In this document: positions 34,101 through 53,320 of the stretch, piece by piece
How positions within the stretch are numbered: the first letter of the stretch is position 1
Layout: the number at the start of each line of letters is the position of its first letter
Assembly (NCBI GenBank): GCA_051362555.1
Contig: CM120640.1
Coordinates: forward strand, 32,631,967-32,695,966
Direction of reading: 5' to 3'
DNA from: Lingula anatina
Lineage: Eukaryota > Animalia > Brachiopoda
Length of the DNA: 64,000 nt
Notes under the pieces: model-generated
What the model was told of the DNA's origin: nothing
Databases searched by the model: none
What the model saw: only the letters and a program-made list of their open reading frames with translations
Program-made: the position numbers and the translations under genes

Positions 34101-36795
34101 ACAAAAAATGGGTTAATGAGGAGACATAAATATATTTCACATCACAAAATAAAGAATATAAAAGATAAGATGCATAGAACACAAAAGTTTACCCTCAATT
34201 ACATGGTTACTTACTTAGTACTCTAAACAAGCAAGTTCAATCTCAATTAAGGTTAAAATTGGTATCTCAGGAATCAATTTTACCTTCATCTCCTTCTGTT
34301 TCCTTCTCTGAATTAAACCACTGCATCCTTACGTTGTTTTTTTCAATGTCAAACCTGTTCATCTTAAAGGCACCACCCTCTGCAGTAGCATGAATATGGA
34401 TCTTGACATTTTTGGACAGTTTACCTAAAATATTAAACTTTCATTATGATCATCCAAAATTAAAGTTTTACCTTAATACTAGACATAAAGACAAGTGAAA
34501 TTAAAAACAAGATGAAACTCATTTTAATTTAAGCGAAACACTTGTTAAAATGTCTAAAATACCTTTTGGTGATATAATTATGATTGGCTTCAAGTAATTT
34601 CCATGGTGGTATGAAAACTTCACATCTTCCACTACATCTGTTTGCTTGCTCAAGTAGCTGGCCAGGTGAGTCAGGTACAGAGCTCTCTTTCTTAAATATC
34701 TATGGTTTAGATAATCTTTGGGCTGAATGCAAAGCTGTAAAGGCAAAATGTCACACTTAATCTTCAAATATCTAATTTGCTATCAAATACTTTATACACG
34801 TGATCATCCCAAGGCATTTAAAAATTTTTAAATGCAGCCATCCAGTTGAACATGTGATTAAGATCAGCTCACAATGAGAAACCAATCTACTTCCTCTGAT
34901 GTCCAGTCCACTTGACTTAATTCGTGTTCCATGCCCAATGGCTGGAGTTGCTACTTATCACAATCACATGGTCTGCTGAAATAGCACTGTTCCAAATCAA
35001 GCTGTCACAATTAGACTGGAAATTTGTTATCAAAAGAAAATTCTGCCTTATATCATATGTCATTAAAGGTCAAAAAATCATTTTGAGTGAGGACATAAAA
35101 TACTTATTTCTTTTTTAGAATTTCATGAATATTGAATAGTTTTACCTTTGGGATTTCTACAGCCAAATCAACAGAAATAAGTGGTTTGATTGCAACACCA
35201 AGTAAAAAACTTCCAACCACTTTGACTGATTTTGGTGGAATAAACTTGAACTTCCCCTTTACTCTGAATGGCTCCTGGATAAGAGGCACTTTAATTTTTT
35301 TCTTTTCTGTCCATTTCTGGTTAACAAGCTGAAAAGATAGATTTTCATACAAAATAAAAGCAATACAACTATTAATATATCAGATCCATATAACTAGGAG
35401 ACAATTTACACATAAAAAGTACTCATATTTATATTATCTATTTGCTTTATTATTATACTTTATGACCTCATTATTGCTGGAAATTTAATGTTTACAATAA
35501 CTTAATAGCATTCTAGTTTAAGTATCCCTACATCATGTTCTTTTCCTCCTGGTGTTTTCATTATTGCATCCTTAAGACTATATAAATATGCTTCTACTTG
35601 GTGTTTCTTTTTCTCTTGAAGCATGACTTCTTTTAATAGTTCAGTTATCTAAAAAAATAAAATGAAATAAAATTTATATATCATCTAATAACAGCATAAA
35701 GGCAAAAAATGAACTTGATGTGTAGCTTATTTATACATTTTGGTTTTTTACAATATCTTTTCGAACTTTTCAAAAGTGAACATCAATTACCATTTCCAGG
35801 TATTACCAGTATACTTAACAATATTTAAGTTTTAATGTCATATTAAATCCATAAGCTTTGCGAATCATAAACTGTATATTTAATAAAATGCTACCTTGCT
35901 TTTTCCTCTGATTTAGGACAGACAGTTCTACTACCTTGCAGTATATACCTGCATTCTGAAAAGACTTGAATGGAACAGATTCTCTGCCTCCTTGAGTTCA
36001 TTCAGTTCTTTGTTGGTGGGCTGCTTATACAAGACCTCTTTAGATACCTTCCTCATCTTTGGTGGTGGATGAGCAGTAGCACCATTCTGACCTATAAAGG
36101 ATTGGACATCAATATGCAAATTGACTTAAAGTAGTGGTTTAGTTTTATCTAGAAAAATATTGCACTAGCATAAATATCTTGAAAGTATTTTCAACCAAAT
36201 ACATAGTTCTGTAAAATTAAACATGCCTATTTTATCCTGTTCACTCTTCTTCAAGTTTTTCTGTTTGGATTTGATATTGGACATGGCTGCTGAGATGTCA
36301 TATGCATCTCCCTCATCCTCTGATTCATCTGAAGATCCATTCTCTTCAGAATCCTGTGATATAGAAAAAAAATAATTTCAAAGCTGAGAATCACTTCAGT
36401 GTAACCAAATTTTAGTCCTCTTTTCTCAATTCAAAAGTAAATGCTTAAAGGTACATGTATCCTAACCTTTAAATCGAAATTTTCCTTGGAAAATATGCAA
36501 TTTTCTCATAATAATTGATAATAATTGCTCGACCCATCCATGTTTTATATAATGCCTATTAAAATTTGGAAGATTTTTATGTTCTTTAAATCACTTGCGC
36601 CGGGGTATGTACAAATCCTTAAATAAACATAAAGCACCCGAAGCCAAACGTTCCGTGGCAAATTAATACACTATAAATTTAAAAACTATATCTTAGGCTG
36701 TTTGAACGTATGGCACCACATATAGTTCTATTTGGAAATGTATTACGAAGCACTACCTGTGGTTCTTTTTCACTCAGAGCTCGTTTTAGTGGCAT
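25998..36795 (-). CDS. NOL6: Nucleolar protein 6 (Utp22/Nrap), multi-exon
   Basis: Exons give ENLFHSSLFRMQ, VVGSFLLG..VDLAVEIP, KDYLNHRYLRKRALYL, FVDPTGYIN, LEASGKWPED..KAAFHIQL, RLAKRWV, MFIATPYD, FDPVQIYLKEL, IAVLWKP and NVDVILEDF..G.GLV. ATG at 36795, TGA at 25998. Confidence 0.93.
29140..30620. repeat. Two diverged copies of an interspersed repeat with internal ~150-bp subrepeats in a NOL6 intron
   Basis: 29330-29580 matches 30350-30590. The motifs GCATAACTTCTA.AATAATGGCCCGAT and GAACTTGACCTGCATTTT recur, ending GACGACAGACGCAGGTGATGGCAATATGTAC. Confidence 0.8.
31084..31132. repeat. (CA)n microsatellite, NOL6 intron
   Basis: Direct reading. Confidence 0.95.
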
Positions 36796-37750
36796 TGTAA
36801 AGACGTCCCTATAAATAAACAATTAACAGTACATTTTTATAGCAACACGCTTTCTCAGATGGGCGCAGACATATTGAAATGAAAGCGAGGCAGCCGGTCC
36901 TTGACCGCAGTGGGATTTTACTAAGGGGGAGGGGGGGCAAAGATGATTTTTTTTTCCCTCAGCAAAATCAAACAATAAATTAGGGCATTTTTTACTGTTA
37001 TAATATGTGCAGCACAGTGGTGGGAAAGTTGCTGTGTTGCTTTGTTTAGTATCGTTTCGCTTACAAGTAGGTGATTTCGAGGAGAGAAAGAGGATACTGA
37101 AAAAAGGTCTCTCACAGAGGGGAAGGACACGCGCCGCGGCTGTTCCCCCTGGACAATGCCGTACACTTCACAACCACTGACGGACGTATACGTAAGACTA
37201 ACGAATTTTTTTTCTTTTGTTATAATTGTTTTCAAGAAAATAAAATCGTGAATAAAACTTAAACAACTTGGATAGTTTATAGACATTAAATTAATTCAAG
37301 AGACCTGATATTGATTATATTTGTGATGACTTTTTTTTTAATAATGAAAAGCTTATGAATAGATATTAAAGTCTGACGAAAGAAAGTGCCTCCTGGCCGG
37401 GGGGAGTAATAAAATTTTTTGATCTAACATATGTTAATAATAAAACTTGGCTATCATCCAACATGCTAGACATCCTACGACATTGTGAATAAAATAATAA
37501 TAATAATCTTTATTGAGCACTAAAATGTCTACAAGTTACAATTTACAGGCTCTCTATCTAATCATAACAACTTTACAACAACTATAGAAATCTATACAAA
37601 TACTTATGGAATGATTACTGCATGGGAACATTTTTTCTAAACGGGGAAAAACGGAGAAAAAGAATACTAGTACGAAAAACCCTCTCTTCCATGTATTAAA
37701 AGGTTATTATGTTTCAATAAAAACGTTTTTTCTTGACAGTTTCATAAAAA

Positions 37751-37885
37751 TGACGCAAAAATAATGACATCGACATGAATACAAAATATCTGGGCTAAAT
37801 TATACACGTATCTAGGCAAGCAGTGCGTATTTAGAATAGTGTGACGTCAATATAACGGGTTCGCCCGCGCAGTGGCATTTCATCA
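37751..37885 (+). promoter_or_regulatory. Cluster of ATF/CREB-type sites upstream of the SLC3A gene
   Basis: TGACGCAA at 37751, TGACGTCA at 37842 and ATTTCATCA (TGATGAAAT on -) at 37877. Confidence 0.45.
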
Positions 37886-37959
37886 GCCACGTTGCGAAGG
37901 GAAGCCATATGTGTTAAGCGTGTTCAGAAGTTTCAAGCTGATTTTGGCGAATTTTTTGA

Positions 37960-43264
<5,305 letters not shown>

Positions 43265-43276
43265 TTGATGTTGAAT

Positions 43277-43480
43277 AAATTAATGAATTAACGCATAATT
43301 ATCTTTAACTAAGCCATTTGCGTTGTTACTGCAGCGGCCAGTAAACAGACTGTTTGCTTTTTTTCTCACCTTGTATTTGGTTTTAAATTAATGAATTAAC
43401 GTATTAATATCTTTTACCGAGTTATTTGTGTTCTTTGTGCAGCGGCCAGTAAATTGTTTCCTTGTTTGTTACCTTGAATT
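43277..43480 (+). repeat. ~107-bp diverged tandem duplication in the SLC3A 3' UTR
   Basis: AAATTAATGAATTAACG...TGCAGCGGCCAGTAAA...ACCTTG occurs twice. Confidence 0.8.
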
Positions 43481-44875
43481 TGCAATGAGATAAATAAAAC
43501 TTTCTAATTTGAGCTCTTAAAAATCAATCTCTGCGTGACTTGTACATTTGTATGCAATAGTGGTGTACTTTTTGGAATCACTTAATCACTAAAATTGCAA
43601 TTCTTAAATCTTTTTTGTGTACAATGTAACGTTATTTTATGTAAACTGGACAAAATATTGGCTGTGTCGATGTATGGGCCGTGTAAAGAACTTGTCTACC
43701 CACTATCTTATGCCTTTGGCTGCGATCGCCAACATGGATTTTAAAAAAATTATATACATAAATGAGAAATAGTTGTATGGGATGGATAAAAGGAGTGAAA
43801 GGGGGTAGAAACATGCAAACACTAATAAGGGATGTTGGAAAATGGAGCTTTGTCTGATCTTGTATGGAAAAGAACGTTTCATCCCTTAGCAAAAGTTTAT
43901 CAAGGGTCAGGTCCCTCTACATCAATATTTCTTACTACCCCTAACAACATTATTAAAGCCCAGACTGCATTCTAAATTCATACATCGTTCTAGCGGGGTT
44001 GGTCCAACTCCACGGGGATTCTCGCTAAAGTGGAATCGGCTTAAATGACTGGCCTCCTCGAGCAGCTAGGGGGTAATGATTTGAGAGAATAATTTGTTGG
44101 TCTATTCCCATCCTGCTTCTATGTGTGGAATATCACATGCTGATGTCGAGATTTTTACCGCTTTTATTTGTAACTGTCATACAGCTCGCTATAGAATTCT
44201 TCGGCCTATTCTAATATCTTGTCGCAAAGAAGTTATTCAGGAGAGGTGGGGTCACGTTCGAAAATTTGTAAGCTGCGCAATCTTTGTGGAAATTCAAGAA
44301 TTGTGCTTTATCCTATGCAGAAGTGCCTACTGAAAAATTAAAACATGATAGTAGTGTTTATTGTCTCTGTGTGATTTACCTGGAAGGAAGGTGAAATGAA
44401 TGAGATACACCTCGAAAAGTCAGTAAACAGGAATTTTTGTCCATAGTAACACAGTAACATTTTGCGATATCCCCAACCACAGATAAGAGGGCGTCCGTAG
44501 GCAATGGCTTTTCACAACACAGAAATAAACCTACCTTCACACAAGGTTAATTTTTAGCATGCTCATGTGGGGGCCATGGACAAAATTTTAATTTATCATG
44601 TTTTTAGCCACGTAGAATAAAGTTAAATAAATAAAATGAATATAAAATGTGCAATACATTTGTAAATAACACAAAACAGAAAAAAATTACGCATGTACAT
44701 GTATGATTCCCGTATGCATGATTTAAAAGGCAAAGCGAACTGTGACGTCATTTACTCGTGCGGGAGTTTGCGTGCAAGCGAATTGAGTACAATTTTTGAT
44801 TTATTTTTTTTTTATTATTTAGTTTTACTTTTAGAAATATTTATGTCATTCATTTAATTTATCTAAATATCTAAG

Positions 44876-45974
44876 GTTCGGGTTCTTTTCTGGAAGGAAG
44901 GCACGATGCTTCCGATATTGAGAGGTGGAGGGTTCGGTGCAGTGTACAAGGCACTGAAATCACCCAGATAAACTTATAAAGATGATAATGGGAGTTACCG
45001 ACAGTAGCAGTAGCATGGTAATACATCCATAGTAGTAGCAGTTTTTAATTTAAACAATAGCAACTGAGCTATAGTACCTGGGTAAATATTAATTAATTAA
45101 TTAACTTTTTATTGTAATTTTTTTACTGATAAAACATTCTTCTAACCGTTCAAAATGTTTCACATTTAGTTTACAAACAACCTTGCATTAAAAGTACCAA
45201 CTTCTGAGGCCTATAGCTATGCAAGGACCATGTACAATGAAGTTTCCTTTATAAAGAAGATAGACAGCAGCTTCATTTTAAGATGTTTTATCAGTTGGAT
45301 ACTAACGATTCAAATATCGATTAATATGTAAACTTACATTTGTATGAAATGGCAGCGGTCATTGTAGAATACTTTCTGATACTTTCTATTTTATCTTGTT
45401 CGATAGTACAAGTAGGCCAATCTATTTTGCAAGAATTGAGCTATTTGATCAGAAACATCCTTTTTTTCTGAAATGTGATTTAAAAATATGTGAACAAGAG
45501 TCTCATTTTGACAGTTGCTTTGATTTGTTTCTTAGGGAAGAAGTTCTTCTTCAGATAGTAAAGTATATTTCCACGTGCGTCTGTATGGCTATTGGGCACT
45601 TGCACCAACAGAACATAGGCCATTTTGATTTAAAAACAAATTACGGGGTGATCAGTATGCAAGGGATCCCAAACTAGTGAGGTTATCATATATATATATT
45701 GTTTTCTAAAATGTTGTTAGTGAAACATTTGGAATATGCTCAACATTTTAAAAACAGAAGGCCGAACACCCCGTTTTTTTTTTTTTTTTTTACAGTGTGA
45801 TCTAGGGTCCATTCACCCTCTAAATGGGGCCGCGAAGAGCATCCATACGGTGCGGTTAATGAACTTCACCCTCTTCAAGAACATGATTCCAGAGGTACTG
45901 AGGGGTGGCGCCCCCTCGTTGAGAGCAGATTACTACGCCTTGAGTGTCATGTTGTTTGAATTAATGGAGGGAAG
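44876..45974 (+). pseudogene. Degenerate tandem paralogue of the downstream protein kinase
   Basis: Four exons match the 47-49 kb gene. Lesions: Gly-loop G>R, donors mutated (GT>GC, GT>AT), exon 3 missing, catalytic-loop N>Y, a 1-bp deletion giving TAG at ~45675, and no 3' exons. Confidence 0.88.
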
Positions 45975-47007
45975 GTAAGAAAACAAAACATCCATTATGT
46001 GCATGATTCATAAACTGCTCATCGTGAAAATGGGCCCAATTTTGATGTGAAATATTGGGTCAAAATGAAATGTGAGTAGTTTGAACAGGAAAATCAGAAT
46101 ATTGGAAAAAATGGCTTGCCATCATCAATAATCCACGGAAATTCCCTTTCCTAAGTTGGCTGAAAGGACCTTTGCATGGAAAGTTCATATTCTTTGTTTC
46201 TTTTCTGTTTTTTTATAGGCCTACAGCGATAGGTCTTTTTCTCCTCCATTCCCACTGCTCGGAAGAAACGGACATGTCGTAAACAAAGCCGCCGCAAAAC
46301 AAGGCGACCATAGTCTCATGGCATCATTTGTCACCGAAATTTTTATGACAGTCACGAAAGACCGTCACAGACAAAGTTAGAAGATCGTCAACGGAATCTT
46401 GAAAAATTTCAATTAAGGGCGCATGCATATTTCACGTGATTGATATATCCTTAAATGGCAAAACATATTGTGACGTCATTGGCCCGTGCCGACGTTACTA
46501 GGCAGCACAAAAGCTATTGAAGAAATGCTGCGCGCAAGCGAAGTGAATACGACGATTTTCTTTTGAGTAAAATAGACGATATTAACAATGATCGTTGCGT
46601 CTCATATGGCCTTTTTAGGCATGAAATACAGTTACATGTATATTTTTCACAGAGAAATATTCAGACTCGAAAACGAGGTAAGATATTGCTTTTGAACAGA
46701 ACAAAAATCGATAGCTCGGTTGTTGGTTTTAATATATCTGTATACTTTTTTCTTATTAATCAAAATCAGATTCCGTGTGGCATCTTTAAGTTAAGTTCTA
46801 GAAGTAGTCGGGCCATTTTATTTAAGTATCTATTTTACTAATTTTGATAGTTTCACTCGTCAAGAATATTCAATTTAAAACGTAAGTCCTGATAACGAGG
46901 ATATGCTAAGATTTAAACGAATTTTAATCTACAGTTTTACACTTTTTTTATCAATTTCACTTTATTCAATGATTAAGGTTCGGGCTCTTTTTTGGAAGGA
47001 AGACACG

Positions 47008-49997
47008 ATGCTTCCGATTTTGGGAGGTGGAGGATTCGGTGCAGTGTACAAGGTATTCAACTTATCATGACAAAAAAACAAAAGTGATACTGGGATAGCG
47101 GGAGTAGCAATGGTAGCACTAGTAACGTTGGTACACACAGGCATGGCAGTAATTATAGTTTTAGATTTTTAAAGCAGTAGCAGCAGAACAATATAAGTTT
47201 ACAGTGATTAATCATGTACTAATTTTACATTTTTATCTTTGCAACTATTATTTACGGATATGACTTTCCACTAACCGATCGAAATATTTTACGTTCAGTT
47301 CAGAAACAACCTAGCATTAAAGGTGCCAACTTCTGAGGCCTATGCAAGGTTCATCTACAGTGAAGTTTCTTTCATGAAGAGGATAGACAGCAAATTTATC
47401 TTAAGGTGCTTTATCAGTTGAATACGAACAATTTTGGAAATATGTTGATTACAATTATCAACAAATTTCACAATAACATAAATTTAATGAATATAAGAAC
47501 ATATTAGACGGATAAAAACGTCATAAATGGTAACTGTAAAATCTCTATTATATATCATACAATGAGTCTTAACTCTGTAAAGATTCAAAATTTTTCGTCA
47601 ACCCGATATATATTTGTGTAGTTTATCTGAGTCTGATATGAGAAATTCCCGTTCCAGACTAGTTCACTCCTTTAACGTTCGACCTGGCTTGCCAGTTCTA
47701 CTTTCGGAATTATGCCCTATGGACCTGGAAATTCTCCAGGAGTACTGTGAAAGATTTTTGTAAGTAATTATGTAACTTTCTTATCTATTAATAACCCTTT
47801 CATTTTTCTCTAATTTTTATCTTGATGGATCTTAAAAATATCTTTTTCATAAGAAATACGTTGTTCAAAATACTTATTACCTTAAATGTTGACCAAAATA
47901 CAGTGTAACATACTGACAGTTGCTATAATTTATTTCTTAGGAACAAAGTTCCTCTTCAGATGGGGAAGTATATAGCCACATGTGTCTGTATGGCTATTGG
48001 GCACTTGCACCAACGACACGTAGCCCATTTTGATCTAAAAACGAACAACGTCTTGATTAGTCTCCACGGGATCCCTAAACTGGTACGATGTTCGCTTTGT
48101 TGTAACTCAGTTTGTCTATCTGATTAAATAATTTTAGATTATTGGTCAGAGTCTGTTCTAGCTATAACGTTCCTTGGTTGGGCCTGATTTCGGATGAACT
48201 GTCTCGCTCTTCGCTAAAGCTCGGTTTTAACTTAAAATAACTGTACATGTGTCACAGATGTGTAATAATCTGAATGAAAGCATGTAATGACTGGTCAAAT
48301 ATAATTTTGTATTACATAAATAAAAGAAGACTTTGGATGTAATGAACACTTTCATTTTGGTAACCAGAACATTCCCTTTTTTATTTAATTTTTAAATGCG
48401 GAGTTCTTTCTTCCAGTGTGATCTAGGGTCCGTTCACCCGCTAAACGAGGCCGGGGAAAGTATCCATGGGGTGGAGTTGATGAACTTCACCCTCTATAAA
48501 AACATGACACCAGAGGTACTGAGGGGTGGCACCGCCTCGTGGAGGGCCGATTACTACGCCTTGGGTGTCATGCTTTTTGAATTGATGGAGGGAAGGTAAT
48601 AAAAAAAGATACAGTTATGTGAATAATGACTGAACGGTTATTCATGCCAATGGTACTGACAGAAAATATTAGGCCAAAATAACATCCCTTCCTTCTTTAG
48701 AGCTGCTAGTGGTATGAACAGGAAAATTAGAATGTAGGCAATAATTTTTCCAAAAAATACTTTAGAATTTTATAATAGTAGGGAGTGTTGTAAAGCATGA
48801 ATAATTTTAGTCAATTTATTTAGACACCCACTTTGGACTGAACTGCCAACTAGAGCAGAAGCCAGAAGAAAAATCCTCCAAGGCACCATCATCTACACAG
48901 ATACAGAGCAAGCCTTCAGGGATCTGATTGACAGATTAGTCTGGTAGGTAATACTACAGTATGACGACAGGCAATGGTTATTCTGGTTCAAAACATTAGC
49001 TTTAGATATTTTCCATAGCTATGAAATACCATGGACAACTTTAAACCAACATAAGCATCGTTCTGGCTGAGATACATGTACACAATGCACTGAATCGTTT
49101 TAACTTTTGTCCTCCCTCCTCCACAACTGGTCTTACATTGAACTAGTTACTCTGATTGAACTGTTTCTCACTATTTCGTTTCAGCCACGTAGACCAAAGA
49201 ATTGACAGCATGACTGGTCTTTTAAGTCACCGGTACGAATATTGTAGAATTTTTTTTCTAATTCTGGTTGCTTTGAGATCTCATTGTAGCTGACGATTTT
49301 ATTTCAATGCTCTCTCTTATTTTATAATTTTGTTTAAATTCATTTTCACGTGTTTATTTTTTTCTATTTTAGTCTGTTCACCTTATCCGTTTGTATATAT
49401 TGATCTATCTTAAACAATTTTGTCGATCATTATATTATATTATATTATATTATATTATATTATATTATATTATATCAATGCAGCTGGCTCTGTGACTACT
49501 ACGTGAATAATTTTCCAACCGATATGGTCACCTCTCCCATTTTAGACATTGCTCAGGTAAAAGCCCGCGTATACGCCTTATTTACTACTGTCATCTTCTA
49601 ACAAAGCAAATACTCACTTATTGCTGAGAGTGACCTTTGACCACCCTGAGCTTCAGAGATAACTTGACACGATGAAGATAGGCTATAGTGAAGAGGTTAG
49701 TGTCAAGTTATCTGTGAAGCTCAGGGTGCCTTTGACGGACTTTATGGAATTTGTGTATTTATATAATAAGTCAATACATCCACATGCCGTGAAAGTCTGT
49801 ATGAAATTACAAAAATTGGGAAGTATATTCTGTAAACGTACACTAAAACATTCTATTCATGTGATATTGAGATATTCTTTATTGTCTGACTATATTCAAT
49901 GTTTTTCTTATGACAGGAGGTGTCGGCGGAAGAACAGCTGGAGATGGGTCCTTTGACCGCAAACAGCAGCGTCCGCAATATCGTTGACAATGGCTAG
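47008..49997 (+). CDS. Small Ser/Thr protein kinase-like protein (non-RD), nine coding exons; start codon uncertain
   Basis: Phase-consistent exons: LGGGGFGAVYK | LALKVP..SEVSFMK | ..LLSELCPMDL | HLHQRHVAHFDLKTNNVLI..PKL | CDLGS..MTPEVL..ADYYALGVMLFELMEGR | HPL..FRDLIDRLVC | ..QRI..SHR | WL.. | ..DNG-TAG. Confidence 0.85.
49428..49474. repeat. (ATATT)n microsatellite next to a kinase splice acceptor
   Basis: Direct reading. Confidence 0.9.
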
Positions 49998-51049
49998 AGG
50001 ACTGCTGCAAACCGCCAGCTGCTTCACTACTTCCTTGCCTTTTTTATGATTTATTTTGAAGCAGTCATCTCTGTGCAACTAACTGTTCATTTCATTACAA
50101 ATATAGAACTTATAACTTTACAACTGTTTAGAACTATATGCACCACTTTTATATAAAAATATATAAATGATAGATGATATAAATTTAATTTGGATTTGGC
50201 ATAAATAAAATTGTTCTTTACTGGCCAAATATCAATTAATCTATATATTGCGTTTGTCATTTGTCATTAATCGTTTATTGATTATGATATTGCACGGGAT
50301 ACGGGAGATATTAAGAATGACCGTAATTTTTTTAGTGTTACCAATCCGTTGTCTGCCTTTCCTCCAAGGCGCAAATTTTCGAAAAGTCCCAATTTCGCTA
50401 CTTCTGCACGCATTGAGACAAATGGCATTCAAATAAATTTCGAATTTTAGGAGTTACGGGCTGATGAGGTAAAATGCACAAGAACTAAAAACTGCTTACA
50501 ATGTATACTATTGATTCGCATTAGAATATACCCCAAAGTCATTTTGTCTACAACCTACAAAGCTATTGATCTATACCTTCTTCAGACCTTAGAAATAATA
50601 AAGCCCCTCAGGTAGTACCTGCCCTGATGTCGATATTTTCTCCCTGGCGAGCTTAACCTTACGGGAAATATTTAAAACTTAATTATTGAATTAAAAATGA
50701 CATAAAACAGCGAATATAGGTGCAGAAACGGGTCGAGAAATGATGAGTTGGGTGAAATTCTTTCAAGGAAATTTCGCATAGGATATCTTTATTAAAATTG
50801 CCATGGTTCTTAAATTACTTGATTAGTTTTATGATTTAATGATATCATTTTATTTATATTGTAAAGCGCAGTTAAAGAACAAAATTTCTACTTCCAAATA
50901 AACCTTCCAATGTCCGTTTCATTTCTTTTCTTGAACGCATCATATTTCTTCCCAGTAATGTTAGCTTTCCTTACTCTCTACTTATATCTTATGTTGGATC
51001 CTAGCTAAACGATCCTTGGAAGGTATTCTATATACGGCATTTTCGTCTC

Positions 51050-51121
51050 TTTCTGGTACTCGCGAATCGTTGGTCGACCCGTCCCTTTCTGGTACTCGCG
51101 AATCGTTGGTCGACCCGTCCC
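51050..51121. repeat. Perfect 36-bp tandem duplication
   Basis: TTTCTGGTACTCGCGAATCGTTGGTCGACCCGTCCC occurs twice. Confidence 0.92.
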
Positions 51122-51142
51122 TGAAATAAATTAGTTCTAAAC

Positions 51143-51197
51143 CAAGGAGTTATAACAGAAGGAGATTACACGCAAGCCTCTCTATTATAACTCCTTG
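51143..51197. mobile_element. 55-bp mini-MITE, TIR CAAGGAGTTATAA, 7-bp TSD TCTAAAC (P-element-like)
   Basis: TCTAAAC|CAAGGAGTTATAA...TTATAACTCCTTG|TCTAAAC. Confidence 0.8.
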
Positions 51198-51726
51198 TCT
51201 AAACTAATCGTGACATTTTGAAGGAAATATTATAACAACATTAGGTTTATTTGGGAGATAGGGATGTCTGAATTAAAAAAGATAAGAAACTTTACAGGAT
51301 GTTCAAACATACCAATTTACTTTACGACATTTTAAATCACGCAAACCTATAGAATAGAATAAAACACGAGAAATATTGTCAAAAATTCATGAAAAGTAAA
51401 TGAAGAGCACAAGAGGTCACCATTCCAATCTTCTGATTATTTCAATTTAGTTATACCACTCAAAGTACTAGAGTTCACTAGAAAATCAGTCCTATATTAT
51501 CTGTAGGTCTCTGCCGTTTACAGTGTCCGTTTACTGATAGTTGCAGAGGCATGCTAACAAATGCTAAGGCAAACTGCACCCTGTGCGCCCCTTATTATCC
51601 ATCAGCAATCTCGTCTTGGTTAATGTGTTATTAGCATCGATGACATACTACGATTCTTTGGTCAGGCAAGCATAACTTTGAGGTAATATTCACATCCTGT
51701 TTGTTTAAAAGTGGTTTGAAATCTAG

Positions 51727-52724
<998 letters not shown>

Positions 52725-53320
52725 TAACGTCTGTCTGAGACTTTATGGTGGGGACTTTGTAGCAACATGTGGGAACTGCCAATTGTGGCAGGAACTGAAA
52801 ATCTACACAAAGACTTATTGCCAGAACTGTGTACACTAGTCTGTGGGCAAAAGAGTTGGTTGATGTTGAGATAGGATCGTAGTTCTGGTATTAGTATTAT
52901 ACTTTTTTTAAGTCTTGGAATATAATTATTTGTCTCAAAATTGAAATCTACTGCAGGTAAGGCCATCATTCCATTTTGAGATGCACAGCCATGTTCAATT
53001 TTTTTAACTGTTCAGCTGTGACCATAAGCCTAATGCATAGAAAAAACTTTCAGAATAGCACATAATGTTGCTAAATTTCTAGAAATTATATTTTTCTGGA
53101 AAGGTTCACAGATGACCAATACTAAGAGATTTGTTGATATTACTGTCACTTTATTACAGCTGATGTTGGATGTTAATAAAGTAACAAAAGTCAAGTTTCT
53201 CAGTGTTAATTAAAAGACTGAATAAAGAGCTAATGACATCTTCATGGAGTTTTTTAGTACATAAAAAAATTCTGGTTTTACTATAGTAATTGTGTCCTTA
53301 TCTATATCCCAGTTCTACAA

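Noticed and set aside
25998-36795. Intronic snoRNAs in NOL6
   Set aside because: Plausible a priori, but I found no convincing C/D or H/ACA box pair with a terminal stem by eye. It needs an Rfam/snoscan search.
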